Assembly (NCBI GenBank): GCA_009602725.1
Contig: WELB01000015.1
Span: 1,082,822-1,120,180 of the forward strand
Source of the DNA: Spirogloea muscicola
Lineage: Eukaryota
Length of the DNA stretch: 37,359 nucleotides
Direction: 5' to 3'
Below the pieces are notes generated by a model. It was not told where the DNA came from. It saw only the letters and a program-made list of their open reading frames with translations, and did no database searches. Of this stretch, positions 11,903-20,960 are shown in pieces (positions within the stretch are counted from its first letter, which is position 1; every line of letters begins with the position of its first letter). A program made the position numbers and the translations under genes.

Positions 11903-14173
11903 GCTCCACAAGGACAACCCCGCCGTCCGGGATCGTCCACTCAATGGTTGTGCTGTCCACCAACGGCTCTCCGTGCAGCTGCACAACTGCCGGCGGACAC
12001 GCTGGCAGCTCCTGCGCCACCAGTAAGAGCTGCTTCCATGCGCGATCCACCAGCTCTTCCACCTGCACCGCGTGCGCAGCAGCCCCGTGGCCTGCAAAAG
12101 CGGCTCCTGAGCGCACTGCCGCCAGTGGCGTGGAGGCCGCCTCCTCCGGCGGCATGGACAGCAGATCGCTGCCCACCCACGCAGCCTCCCCGTGGCACGC
12201 GAATGGGGCCCCTTCCTCCACTGCGGCAACCAGCTGCAGTGGGAACTCTACCTTGCGTCCCTCTCCACATGCGTGCCCGGGCGGGTAACTCCCCACTTCC
12301 TCCCACAGGTCTACACTCACCCCATATGGGTACACGAACTCCGTGCCTAACAGCACGTCGTATGTAGTGGCCTCCGTTACCAAGCAATGGAGGCGCCGGC
12401 TGACCTCGTCTGCGCCGCTCTGGTTGAGGGTAATGCAAATAGGCTTGCATGTCTGCCGCAGCCCCGTCGTGACGCCGCCCGTCGCCGTCTTGATGGCCAC
12501 CGGTGACGGCTGCAGGTCCTGTGGACGCAGCCCCAGCAGCGGAACCATGCTGCGGCCAAGCAGCACCGGCTGCGCACCCGTGTCCAGCATGACACGGGCA
12601 GGAGTTTTGCCGTTGCTTTTCCAAAGCCGTCTTGTTGTACTACCAGCGCCACGTTGGGGGTGATCCCCACTCGTTCCGCCACCCGTTAGGAAGCGACGGG
12701 CTCTCCCCTGCATGGGCAACAACGGCACGAGTGCTTGGTGGCCGCTCCAAAGCCACCAACTCCTCGCCCGCGGATGCCGGCGCAGGCAGAAGGAGTTGAA
12801 TCGACCTGCATGGGCCCCTTTCGGAAGCCCCTGAATTCTCGCTGCAGGCGGTCGGGGTGTCCTCCCCCCCCCTGCGCGGCCTTGAGCGCCTGGCTCCCTT
12901 CTGCATGGGCCGCCCCAACGGCACAAGTGCTTGGTGGCCGCTCCAATGCCACCGATTCCTCGCCCACGGCTGCAGGCGCAGGCAGAAGGGGTTGAATCGA
13001 CCTGCAGGTGCCCCTTTCGGAAGCCCCTGAAATCTCGCTGCAGGCGGTCAGGGTGTCCCCCACCCCGCGCGGCCTTGAGCGCCACCTGTTCGGCTCTACT
13101 CCCCCCCCCCAGTGGGAAGCCGCCAGCGCCTGCGCGCGCTGCCCACTGTATGGAGAGCCCCTGCGCCAGCTGCCAAGCTGCCTGCTGGCTCCGCTGCGCG
13201 GCAAAGCCTACCGACAGCACCCACTTAAGAGCCCTCAGATCCATAGCCTGCCCCAACAGCTTCCGACGCTGCCGCTCGGTGAGCCCAGGAGCCGCTGTTG
13301 TGCCGGTCTGAAGCCCAAGGCCCGCTCCCGCTCGTCGGCACGGGGCTCCTCCAGGCGCTGCGTGGTGTTGTCCCACACCATACCCTGGCCTCCATTCCTG
13401 AACGCGTAAGACGTCGGGTAGCTCACCAGCGTGGGCAACGCCGCCTGTGGCTGCCCCACCTTGTTGCACAGCGCGTATGGAGGAATGTCGTCCCGCTTCA
13501 CCGGCTGAGGCACCCTCCCCGCGTCCAATATGTCTGCCACTAACAGCCCAGCTGGGCGCTTGACTAAAGTGACTGCAGCTGCCGCCAACTCTGGCTGAGC
13601 CAGGTTGGTCCACATCGTTCGCAACCAGTGCGCTCGCAACCGGTGCGCGCGGCTGCCCAAAGCAGCTGCGTCCAGAGGCACGCCGCGCCCAATGCGGCTC
13701 TCCACCACCTGGAAGTTAACGCCGCAAATTCTCGCGGCGTTCGTCGCCTGCCGGCAAGTTCTCCAACACGTATGCTAGGGGGGCCTCCTGCCCCCCCCCC
13801 GCAGCAGTGCTAAAACACGCTCCAGCTCCCAAAAGAGCCGTGAGCGGGCGTCAGCTAACCCTCGACCTGCACCAGCGCTGGAATGGCCTTGGCACTCCGA
13901 ACCTGCAATCACCAGATCCACCTGTCCCAACCCCCTGAGGTGATGTGGGCTCACCAGCTGGATGTCAGCCGGCAGGGTGGTGAGGTACCCCTTGATGGCC
14001 TCCGGGATCAGCAGCTCCGGGTACTCGTCCATCAGCCGCCGAATGTGATGCGCTGCTGCGGCCTGCGCCACCGGATCCGGGTCGACGTGCACGTACCGTC
14101 AGACCCGCACACCGTTGGCCAGCACTGCCGCCAGCCCGGTGGCGATGCCGCCAAAGAGCTCCACAAGGACAAC
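11903..14173 (-). mobile_element. Inverted second copy of the methyltransferase-linker-protease module (pseudogenised)
   Basis: The minus strand reads VELFGGIATG...VDPDP...DLVIAGSECQGHS...SRLFWE...LENL...SRAHRLR...ERERALG...LLGQAMD, then RVMLDTGAQ...YDVLLGTEF...EWTIPDGGVVLVE. It carries stops and frameshifts. Confidence 0.85.
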
Positions 14174-14735
14174 TCCTCGCCCACATATCACTCGTGGGGC
14201 AGCCTCTCCTTCCCTGCTCCCAATTTCTCCTGCTGTGGTTGCTACGTGGGCCCCCCCCTAGTAGACGGGGGTAACCCATGGGATGACTTGCTGGGTAGGG
14301 CGCAACCCGTATGGGCGGGCTGGAGAGCCCCGGGGCGCCGAGCACAAGTCCCTTCACCTACTGCCTTGACGCCCCCTCGTGGGGTGGGCTCTGAAGACCT
14401 GGCAGGCCAGGCGGTCTCCTTGGCGCACCTCGCTCACACCGCCGACCTGCGCGTCCAAGCGCGCTTCGCGGCTGTGGTCGACAAGGCCGCCTACACCACC
14501 GCCGTGCTGCAGCTCCCCGAGGCCGACTTGCGCGGGCGCGTGAGACTTCAATCGGCCTCCTCCCACGGGGCAGCGGCGTGGCTTCAGGCCCTTCCCAAGA
14601 ATGACGCCCTCACTCTCCCCGATGAAGTATTTTCGCAGTGCCGTCCACCGGCTCCTGGGGCTACCGCCTCCATGTCTCCAGGGCGTGCGTCAGTGTGTCT
14701 GCGGCGAGCGAGGGGCCGAGTCTGGGGAGCTGGCC
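14174..14735 (+). mobile_element. Internal RLE retrotransposon fragment (thumb/linker to CCHC knuckle), interrupted at about 14250-14389
   Basis: ADLRVQARF...RGRVRLQSASSHGAAAWLQALP...(frameshift)RLLGLPPPCLQGVRQCVCG aligns to SDVKAQSRF...GQARLLSVSSLGASEWLRALP...RRLGLPSLCLAGVTQCECG. Confidence 0.8.
14252..14389. repeat. Short GC-rich structured repeat, copy 1 (copy 2 at 22973-23077)
   Basis: Shared core GGTAGGGCGCAACCCGTATGGGCGGGCTGGAGAGCCCCGG.GCGCCGAGC...ACCTACTGCCTTGAC. Confidence 0.8.
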
Positions 14736-14775
14736 GCTCATGACATAATGGCAAGATATAACCACAATGCACAGT

Positions 14776-14981
14776 AAGAAGAAAGGGCTCGCCCATTGAG
14801 GATAGGGGCTGGACAAGCCAGCCCAAAAAAGAATGAACAAAGAACGAGAAGGGGGCCAGAGGAAGCCAGAGGAAGCGCTAAGAAACCAAAGCAGACAAAG
14901 AAAGAAAGCAGCTACAAATCACTCAGTAACCCCTGCTAAGCAGCCGCAAATCAGAGAGGCTAGGGTCCTGGAAGTGGGTCC
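14776..14981 (-). mobile_element. RLE retrotransposon 3' end, head-to-head with the intact element
   Basis: The minus strand encodes THFQDPSLSDLRLLSRGY*, then TTTTTTGGGCTGGCTTGTCCAGCCCCTATCCTCAATGGGCGAGCCCTTTCTTCTT. Confidence 0.88.
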
Positions 14982-15027
14982 CGAACGAGAAGGTGGCACA
15001 GTAAGACTTACTCCTCTCCATTTCCAA

Positions 15028-18000
15028 ACCCTCCGGCAAACCCTCCGGCAGCAGCAGCCCCCCCCGACCGACCGACCCAACGGCTCCCTAGCTCGCCGCC
15101 GGCGCCGCCGCCCCCCCGGGCGCTGCGGCGCCTTGCCAACCCCCCGGGGCGCTCGAGCGCCTGAGCGCCGCCGGGCGCGCATGCCGCCGCCTGCCAAGGC
15201 ACGGCGCGCACCTGCGCGGCGCGCTCCTCGGAGCTCGCCGCGCACAGTGCCGCCCGCAGCGCGGCCCCCAGCTGGCGGGGTCCCTCATGCCACGCCGTGC
15301 GCCGCGGCGGCCACGGCGGTGGCGAGGGAGGATACGGCACCTAGGCAGCTTGCACAGCCTCGTGCGGGGGACATGGGTCCGGCTGCCCAGCCCACAAGCT
15401 GGCGCGGCCGGCTGCGATCAAACCCTCGGCTCACTTGTGCCGGGGAGGCAACCGCACTGGCGGCCATTGCGAGAGCAGTGCACCGGAGCTCCAGGAGCTG
15501 CTGCGCTACGCGCTCATCCCAGGCCCCACCAGGCCCAGGGATGGACGAGACGGCTGTCCCAACCACGGCCCCAACATCATCCGAGATTGCCATGGAGGAG
15601 GACAACATGGAGAGGGGCACAGGACCCCCTCCCCCAGTATCCTCTCCCACTGCTTCTCATGCTGCTCTACTCACGGGCTTCGAGCCCCACCCACAACCAA
15701 CGCCGTGCACCTCTCCCGCGTCTGCAGGGCAGGCGGCTTCCGCAAACCCCCCTGCATCTTGGAGGGGAGGTCGCCGCAGCGGAGGAGCCAGGCGGCGCTT
15801 GGAAGTGGTTGTCGCCATGGGTTCGGCGAGTGGTGGCAGTGGCGCTGGTGATGCTGACGGGCCCGTGGCTGGCGATGCCGCTGTATCAGCTGCACCTGGG
15901 GAAGGGGAGCAGGGCCAAGAGGACCTCCGGCCCCCTGCGGAGGCAACCTCTTGCCCGCCTGTTGAGCTCCGCTGCCGGCTCTGCCGGCGGCGATGTGCCA
16001 ACAAGGTGGGTTTGAGCTCGCACGAGCGGGCCTGCGTGCGTTTGGCTAACAGAGAGGCGCAGCAGGCAGAGGCATCCGCCACCGCTCGGGCTCGCAGAGC
16101 CCCTACAAGAGGGGCGATGCCACCACCACCACCAGGGCCTACGGCAGAACACTGGCGGTGGGCGGAGAGCGTGGACGTCTCCGAGATCCTGCGGACGACC
16201 AACGCGCAGCTCCTACGACACATCCCGTATTGGGCCCGGCCCCACATACGGAGAGCCCTTCGGCCCCTCCTGACACGTCTGGCTCGTGACAGCGAGGATG
16301 AGGCTGCATGGGCTGTGTTTGTGTTGTTTCCGCGACTCTTGCTTGGTCGCCTGCCGCAGGGGAAGGCAGGTCGCACGGAGCTGCTGTTGCGCCTCCACCT
16401 GTTTGAAGGTGGAGAGTGGCAGCTGCTACTTGCAAAGCACCAAGCGGCTGCGCAACTTGCGCAAGCCAACTATCGGCCCACCACGTCGGAATCCGATATT
16501 AAGGAGGCGGGCAAACGACGTGCCATCCGATATGGGCGAGCCGGCGACCTTGGCAGGGCTGCCCAAGCCTTGGAGCCCTCAACACCAGCACCGCATGATG
16601 CGGCAACCTTGGCCGCACTCGAGCAGCTCCATCCTTCGGCCCCGCGAAGATTAGATACATGGATGGAGAGCTTCATGCCTGCTGAACCGGTGGACCTGGA
16701 CCCGGCTGTCTTCCGTCGGGCGATTGTGAGTAGCCGCAAGGCAGTCGCCGGGGGTCCATCTGGCATGCTCTTTGAGCACTTGCGGGAGTTATATGGGGAG
16801 GAGGACTCGGAGGATTTCGATCTGTTGCATAGGGTCGCGCAACATGTTGCGCGTGGGCACCTCACCCATCGTGTAGGCGCAGTCCTCTGCACAAGCAATC
16901 TCATTGCTTTGCAGAAGGACAACGGCGGAGTGCGTCCTATCTCGATGGGGGAGGTTCTGGCGCGCCTTGTGGGGCGCACCCTAATCATGCAGATCCAGGA
17001 CGATGCCCAGGCGCACTTCCATCCCCACCAGTTTGGGGCTGGGATGCGTGCTGGCGCTGAGACCCTGGTGCACGGGGTACGAGCGGCACTGGATGTAAAC
17101 CCCCATTGGCTGGCCCTGAGCGTGGACGTACAGAACGCCTTCAACTCCGTGGATCGGCAGGTTATCGCCGAGGAGCTAAGGCAGTACTTTCCCACCCTCC
17201 TCCCTCACTTCCGCTGCATGTATGGCTCGCCATCTGCATTGTTGTGGGGGGCAGGGACTTCTTTGGCTGTTTTGCAGTCAAAGACGGGGACACGTCAAGG
17301 TGATCCCATGGGTGGTTTTCTCTTTGCTCTGGCGCATCACCGTGCTTTGCGCAACACGGCGAGCGCTCACCCTGGCGTTCTCCTCCCGAGTTACGCGGAT
17401 GATACTACGCTCCTCGGCCCCCCAGAGGAGGTGCTGCGAGCTTTTGGCACGCTTCAGCACCAGCTCCGGCTCATCGGGCTTGGGATAAGTACTGCCAAGT
17501 GCTCTGCCTGGTCCCCCAATGGCATCCCTCTTTCCCTCCTTCCCTCGTTGCCTACATCTTGTCAGACACCAGAGGGCGGTTTGAAGATCTTGGGAGTGCC
17601 TGTAGGGGACCCGTCTTTCTCGGAGGGTGCTGTCCTTGCTCGTCTCCAAGGATATATGCAGGTCCTGCCAGAGCTCCCCACCCTCGGGGACTCTCAGTTG
17701 GCAGTGGCCATTTTGACCAGGAGTGTGGCACAGCGGCCGTATTACCTCTTAAGAACGGTCCCACCTTCGGTTACCATGGATGAGGTCTATGCATCCATAG
17801 ATGTCAGGCTCCAACGATGCCTAGCTGACATGATTGCTCACCCACTTCTAGAGCAGTCCCCAGCAGCACTGGTGCAATGTACGCTGCCCATCCGTCTCGG
17901 TGGGCTTGGTTGTCGCCCCTTGGTCCGCTTGTGCAGACCAGCGTACCTTGGCTGCTGGGCCCAGGTGGCTTCGTCCATATCTGGACGATTCCTCCTTGGG

Positions 18001-19190
18001 CAACAACGTGTGTTGGCGCCTCACATCAGTACCGTGGTTCAGGGGAGTCTGCCTTTCCAAGTGACTCTCAAAGCATGCCAACAGGACCTCTTTGCCGCAT
18101 ACCCGCCTCTGGTAAATGAGCCTGTTAGTTTTGCTGCCTGGGCTGACGTTTCTGATGTCAAGGCTCAATCGCGGTTTACCCGTGCTGCAGACGAGCAACC
18201 ACTGGAGCATCTCCGGAGTCTCCTCCAAGGAGATGCTCGAGGCCAGGCTCGGCTCCTATCTGTTTCGTCTCTGGGAGCGTCTGAGTGGCTCCGCGCTTTG
18301 CCTTTGCATGCGGGCTTGCGGATGGAGAATGCTTTGTTTTGCGATGCTATGCGCCGCCGTCTTGGCTTGCCATCCCTGTGCTTGGCAGGGGTGACCCAAT
18401 GTGAATGTGGGCTTATTGAGCATGATGCATTGCTCATGGGTGACCACATGCTCAGGTGTGCCAAAGGCAGTGAGCGCACGGGCTCCCACAACCTCCTACG
18501 TGACGCCATGTATGGCATCGTCAAGGAGGCGGGATATCAAGTGGCGTTGGAGAGCACTGGGGTGATGCCCATCCTCCTCCGCAATGGGGTCCCTCGGACG
18601 AGGCGTGTCGATCTGGTCGGCGTCCCCCTGGGAGGTGGCAAGCGGCTCCTCATGGACGTTGTCCTCACCGACAGCTTCCGGACGAAGGGCCCCATTACTT
18701 CTGAGACCGGCTACGCTGTGAAGGTAGCCGAACGGAAGAAGCTGCACAAGTACAAGGACCACCCGGCGGGTGATACCTTTTACCCCCTGGCCATGGACAT
18801 CCATGGGTGTTACGGGGGTCGGTGGTCCTCGTTACTTTCGCTGCTGGCCTCTCAAGCTGACCAGCGGCGCCGGGAGCAGGGTGCTGCCCTTCCCGGTGGC
18901 TCGGTGCCTTTGGGTCTTGTGTCCTGCTACCGTATGCGACTGTCTATGTCCCTGCAGCGCTCCCAAGCGCTTGCTTTGCACCGCCGCGCTGGTCGCGCCC
19001 TTCCAGCAGCCTCTGGCTTGCGCAGCGGGGTTGCTCTTCCTCCCCTCAGCTCATCTGACTTCCTACTGCTGACACGGGGGTATTGAGGGCGCCCTGTCTG
19101 CCTAGCCTTTGGCTCCGTCATCAACACCTGTATGCATCTGGCTGGCATTTCACAGCCGATTCTTTCATATCAGCAGCCGCTTTCTCTATT
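15028..19190 (+). mobile_element. Apparently full-length RLE (CRE-like/R2-group) non-LTR retrotransposon
   Basis: Single uninterrupted ORF, short GC-rich 5' leader and 3'-UTR hairpin GGCTG-GCATTTCA-CAGCC (19140-19157). Possible flanking duplication TCTC(C/T)ATTTCCAA at 15015-15027 and 19183-19195. Confidence 0.88.
15181..19086 (+). CDS. Zinc finger-reverse transcriptase-CCHC-RLE polyprotein (about 1301 aa from the likely ATG at 15181; start uncertain)
   Basis: N-terminal CRLC-x12-H-x3-C finger. RT motifs LQKDNGGVRPISMGE, HQFGAG, VDVQNAFNSVDR, GTRQGDPMG, YADD, KILGVP, and LPIRLGGLG. CECG...DHMLRC knuckle. RLE H..RD...RVD...DV...E.KK..KY...FYPLAMD. Confidence 0.93.
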   Translation: MPPPAKARRAPARRAPRSSPRTVPPAARPPAGGVPHATPCAAAATAVAREDTAPRQLAQPRAGDMGPAAQPTSWRGRLRSNPRLTCAGEATALAAIARAVHRSSRSCCATRSSQAPPGPGMDETAVPTTAPTSSEIAMEEDNMERGTGPPPPVSSPTASHAALLTGFEPHPQPTPCTSPASAGQAASANPPASWRGGRRSGGARRRLEVVVAMGSASGGSGAGDADGPVAGDAAVSAAPGEGEQGQEDLRPPAEATSCPPVELRCRLCRRRCANKVGLSSHERACVRLANREAQQAEASATARARRAPTRGAMPPPPPGPTAEHWRWAESVDVSEILRTTNAQLLRHIPYWARPHIRRALRPLLTRLARDSEDEAAWAVFVLFPRLLLGRLPQGKAGRTELLLRLHLFEGGEWQLLLAKHQAAAQLAQANYRPTTSESDIKEAGKRRAIRYGRAGDLGRAAQALEPSTPAPHDAATLAALEQLHPSAPRRLDTWMESFMPAEPVDLDPAVFRRAIVSSRKAVAGGPSGMLFEHLRELYGEEDSEDFDLLHRVAQHVARGHLTHRVGAVLCTSNLIALQKDNGGVRPISMGEVLARLVGRTLIMQIQDDAQAHFHPHQFGAGMRAGAETLVHGVRAALDVNPHWLALSVDVQNAFNSVDRQVIAEELRQYFPTLLPHFRCMYGSPSALLWGAGTSLAVLQSKTGTRQGDPMGGFLFALAHHRALRNTASAHPGVLLPSYADDTTLLGPPEEVLRAFGTLQHQLRLIGLGISTAKCSAWSPNGIPLSLLPSLPTSCQTPEGGLKILGVPVGDPSFSEGAVLARLQGYMQVLPELPTLGDSQLAVAILTRSVAQRPYYLLRTVPPSVTMDEVYASIDVRLQRCLADMIAHPLLEQSPAALVQCTLPIRLGGLGCRPLVRLCRPAYLGCWAQVASSISGRFLLGQQRVLAPHISTVVQGSLPFQVTLKACQQDLFAAYPPLVNEPVSFAAWADVSDVKAQSRFTRAADEQPLEHLRSLLQGDARGQARLLSVSSLGASEWLRALPLHAGLRMENALFCDAMRRRLGLPSLCLAGVTQCECGLIEHDALLMGDHMLRCAKGSERTGSHNLLRDAMYGIVKEAGYQVALESTGVMPILLRNGVPRTRRVDLVGVPLGGGKRLLMDVVLTDSFRTKGPITSETGYAVKVAERKKLHKYKDHPAGDTFYPLAMDIHGCYGGRWSSLLSLLASQADQRRREQGAALPGGSVPLGLVSCYRMRLSMSLQRSQALALHRRAGRALPAASGLRSGVALPPLSSSDFLLLTRGY

Positions 19191-19395
19191 TCCAACCTGC
19201 CTGAACGAGACAAACCCTGGCAGTAGTTGCTGAGCAAGGAAAGTTCTTCACAACAGTTGCTTGTATCATCCTTATAAAAGGTTGCCTAAGGAGCAGATGT
19301 ACACCATATGACACTGTGCCACTGATGCCACTGTTGTGAATGCCTTCAGCACGACACAAGAGACATAGCACGCCACGGAGTTTGGTAGCTCATAC

Positions 19396-19492
19396 TTGAG
19401 GTATGGCAAGGTCATGTTGCGCATGAGTGAGGGGTGCCGGCTCACTAGACTGCCCCACTCCTCCTGATCGATCTTGCCACTTCTTCAAAGGT
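19396..19492 (-). pseudogene. CBL: Orphan, frameshifted exon of a calcineurin B-like (CBL) calcium sensor
   Basis: cag|TFEE-(deletion)[28 protein letters not shown]|gtatga matches the plant CBL EF-hand-4 region (TFEEADTKHDGKIDKEEW..LV..HPSL.KNMTL.YLK, recalled). Both splice sites are intact. Confidence 0.8.
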
Positions 19493-19545
19493 CTGTAAAC
19501 AACAAAGCTAAGTCCTTGTCAGCACAAGTCACATAAGAGCAAGTT

Positions 19546-20318
19546 CGCACTGCGCCCACGGCGGCGAGCGGACAGCGGCCCACGACCGCCTCCGCGATGC
19601 GAGGCATGGCATCCTGTTGGAGGCTGGCTTCTCCGTGGCAGCGGAGCACTCCGGCATCATGCCGATCCAGGAAAGGGCCGACGGTCTCCACGCCCGGCGT
19701 GTAGACCTGGTGGCCACCCCACAGGCCGGCGGGCCACGTCTTCTCCTGGACGTGGTGACCACTGATGCCTACGACTGCTCACACCCAGCCCAATGTGCCA
19801 CCAAGGCTGGGTATGCGGTCGCCTGGGCTGCTCGGGCTAAAGAGCTGAAGTACGCAGACCATCCACGAAGAGACGAGTTCTTCTCGTTGGCAATCGACAC
19901 CCATGGGGCGCTGGGCGCTCGGTGGCTCGAGCTGCTCACCCAGCTTGCCCGCCACACCATCGCCCGTCGCTTCCATGGGGAGCCGGTAGACTTTCCTGCA
20001 GCCGGGTCGCTGGCGCAAGTGTATCGAATGCGCCTGGCCGTCTCGCTGCAGAGGTCTATGGCCCGGGCGTTGCACCTTAGTGCCGGCAGAGCCCTCGCTG
20101 CTGCCTCTGGCTCTGGCCAGGGGACCCACTTCCACGAGCCTAGCATCTCCGGACTGCGGCTGCTTAGCAGAGCTTACTGAGTGATTCGTAGCTGCGTTGT
20201 TTCTCTGTGTGCTTTGTTTTCTTAGCGCTTCCCCTGGCCCCCTTCTCGTACTCTGTCCATTCTTTTTTGGGCTAGCTTTGCCAGCCCCTATTCTGAATGG
20301 GCGAGCACTTTCTTCTGA
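19546..20318 (+). mobile_element. 5'-truncated RLE copy (subfamily B): knuckle end, endonuclease and UTR
   Basis: CAHGGERTAAHDRLRD...RRVDLVATP...LLDVVTTD...KELKYADHP...LRLLSRAY* plus hairpin UTR ending in TTTCTTCT. Confidence 0.9.
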
Positions 20319-20387
20319 AGAGATCGGACGGCGGAGAGAGGCCATCTCTCCGCAAGTAAATACCCACACCTCGCCTCTCTCTCGCTG

Positions 20388-20680
20388 AAAGAAAGCGCGG
20401 CCAGATTGACTGGTGGCTGGGAAAGGCCAGCCCAAAAGAATGCACAAGGTCTGAAGGAGCCGGAGTGCGCAGCAGGAAGCGCGGCCAGATTGACTGGTGG
20501 CTGGAAAAGGCCAGCCCCAACTTAATGGACAAGGTCTGAAGGAGCCGGAGTACGAAGGACTAGGACTAAGACGTCAGCCAGGGAACGCTCAGTAACCTCT
20601 AGTTAGGAGATGCAAGTCTGAGTAGCTAGCCGGCGGAAAGACGTCGCCCTGACGGAAACCGGAGGCCGCCGCCAAAGCTC
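20388..20680 (-). mobile_element. RLE subfamily C 3' end with its terminal ~83 bp duplicated in tandem
   Basis: The minus strand encodes ALAAASGFRQGDVFPPASYSDLHLLTRGY*. The UTR tip is present at both 20476-20551 and 20388-20466. Confidence 0.85.
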
Positions 20681-20713
20681 GGCGAAGGACTAGGACTCGC
20701 TTGCGTCGTCCAC

Positions 20714-20960
20714 CAAGAAGAAAGTGCTCGCCCATTGAGAATAGGGGCTGGAACAACCAGCCCGAAAAAGAATGAACAGAGTACGAGAAGGGGGCCAGGG
20801 GAAGCGCTAAGTAACAGAAACAAAGCTCGCCAAGAGCTCGCCCATAGATGAGAGGGGCTGGCAGAAGCCAGCCAAAAAAGAATGGACAAAATCCAAAGAG
20901 CTACAGGAGAACCACTCAGTAACCTCTGCTAAGCAGCCGCAGGTCGGAGATGCTAGGCTA
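20714..20960 (-). mobile_element. Two abutting RLE 3' ends
   Basis: Hairpin UTRs at about 20714-20826 and 20834-20895. The second is preceded by SISDLRLLSRGY*. Confidence 0.82.

Larger units (their letters stand above)
9404..14173. repeat. Inverted repeat of about 4.8 kb with a 26-nt central spacer (11877-11902)
   Basis: GTTGTCCTTGTGGAGC (11861-11876) faces GCTCCACAAGGACAAC (11903-11918). The arms remain alignable out to about 9405 and 14173. Confidence 0.9.

Noticed and set aside
11202..13613. Numerous long overlapping ORFs on both strands
   Set aside because: They are by-products of the GC-rich palindrome. Only the protease and MTase frames carry recognisable motifs.
14833..15180. First 116 codons of the 1417-aa ORF
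   Set aside because: 14833-14981 is the antisense strand of another element's 3' end and the rest is probably 5' leader. The frame is likely open by chance.
15000..15180. HDV-like or hammerhead ribozyme in the 5' leader of the intact element
   Set aside because: I could not build the required pairings or find a CTGANGA/GAAA core by eye. A descriptor search is needed.
20388..20551. ~80-bp repeat as an independent SINE
   Set aside because: It is contiguous with the subfamily-C stop codon at 20590 and 21165, so it is the element's own 3' tip. No Pol III boxes were seen.
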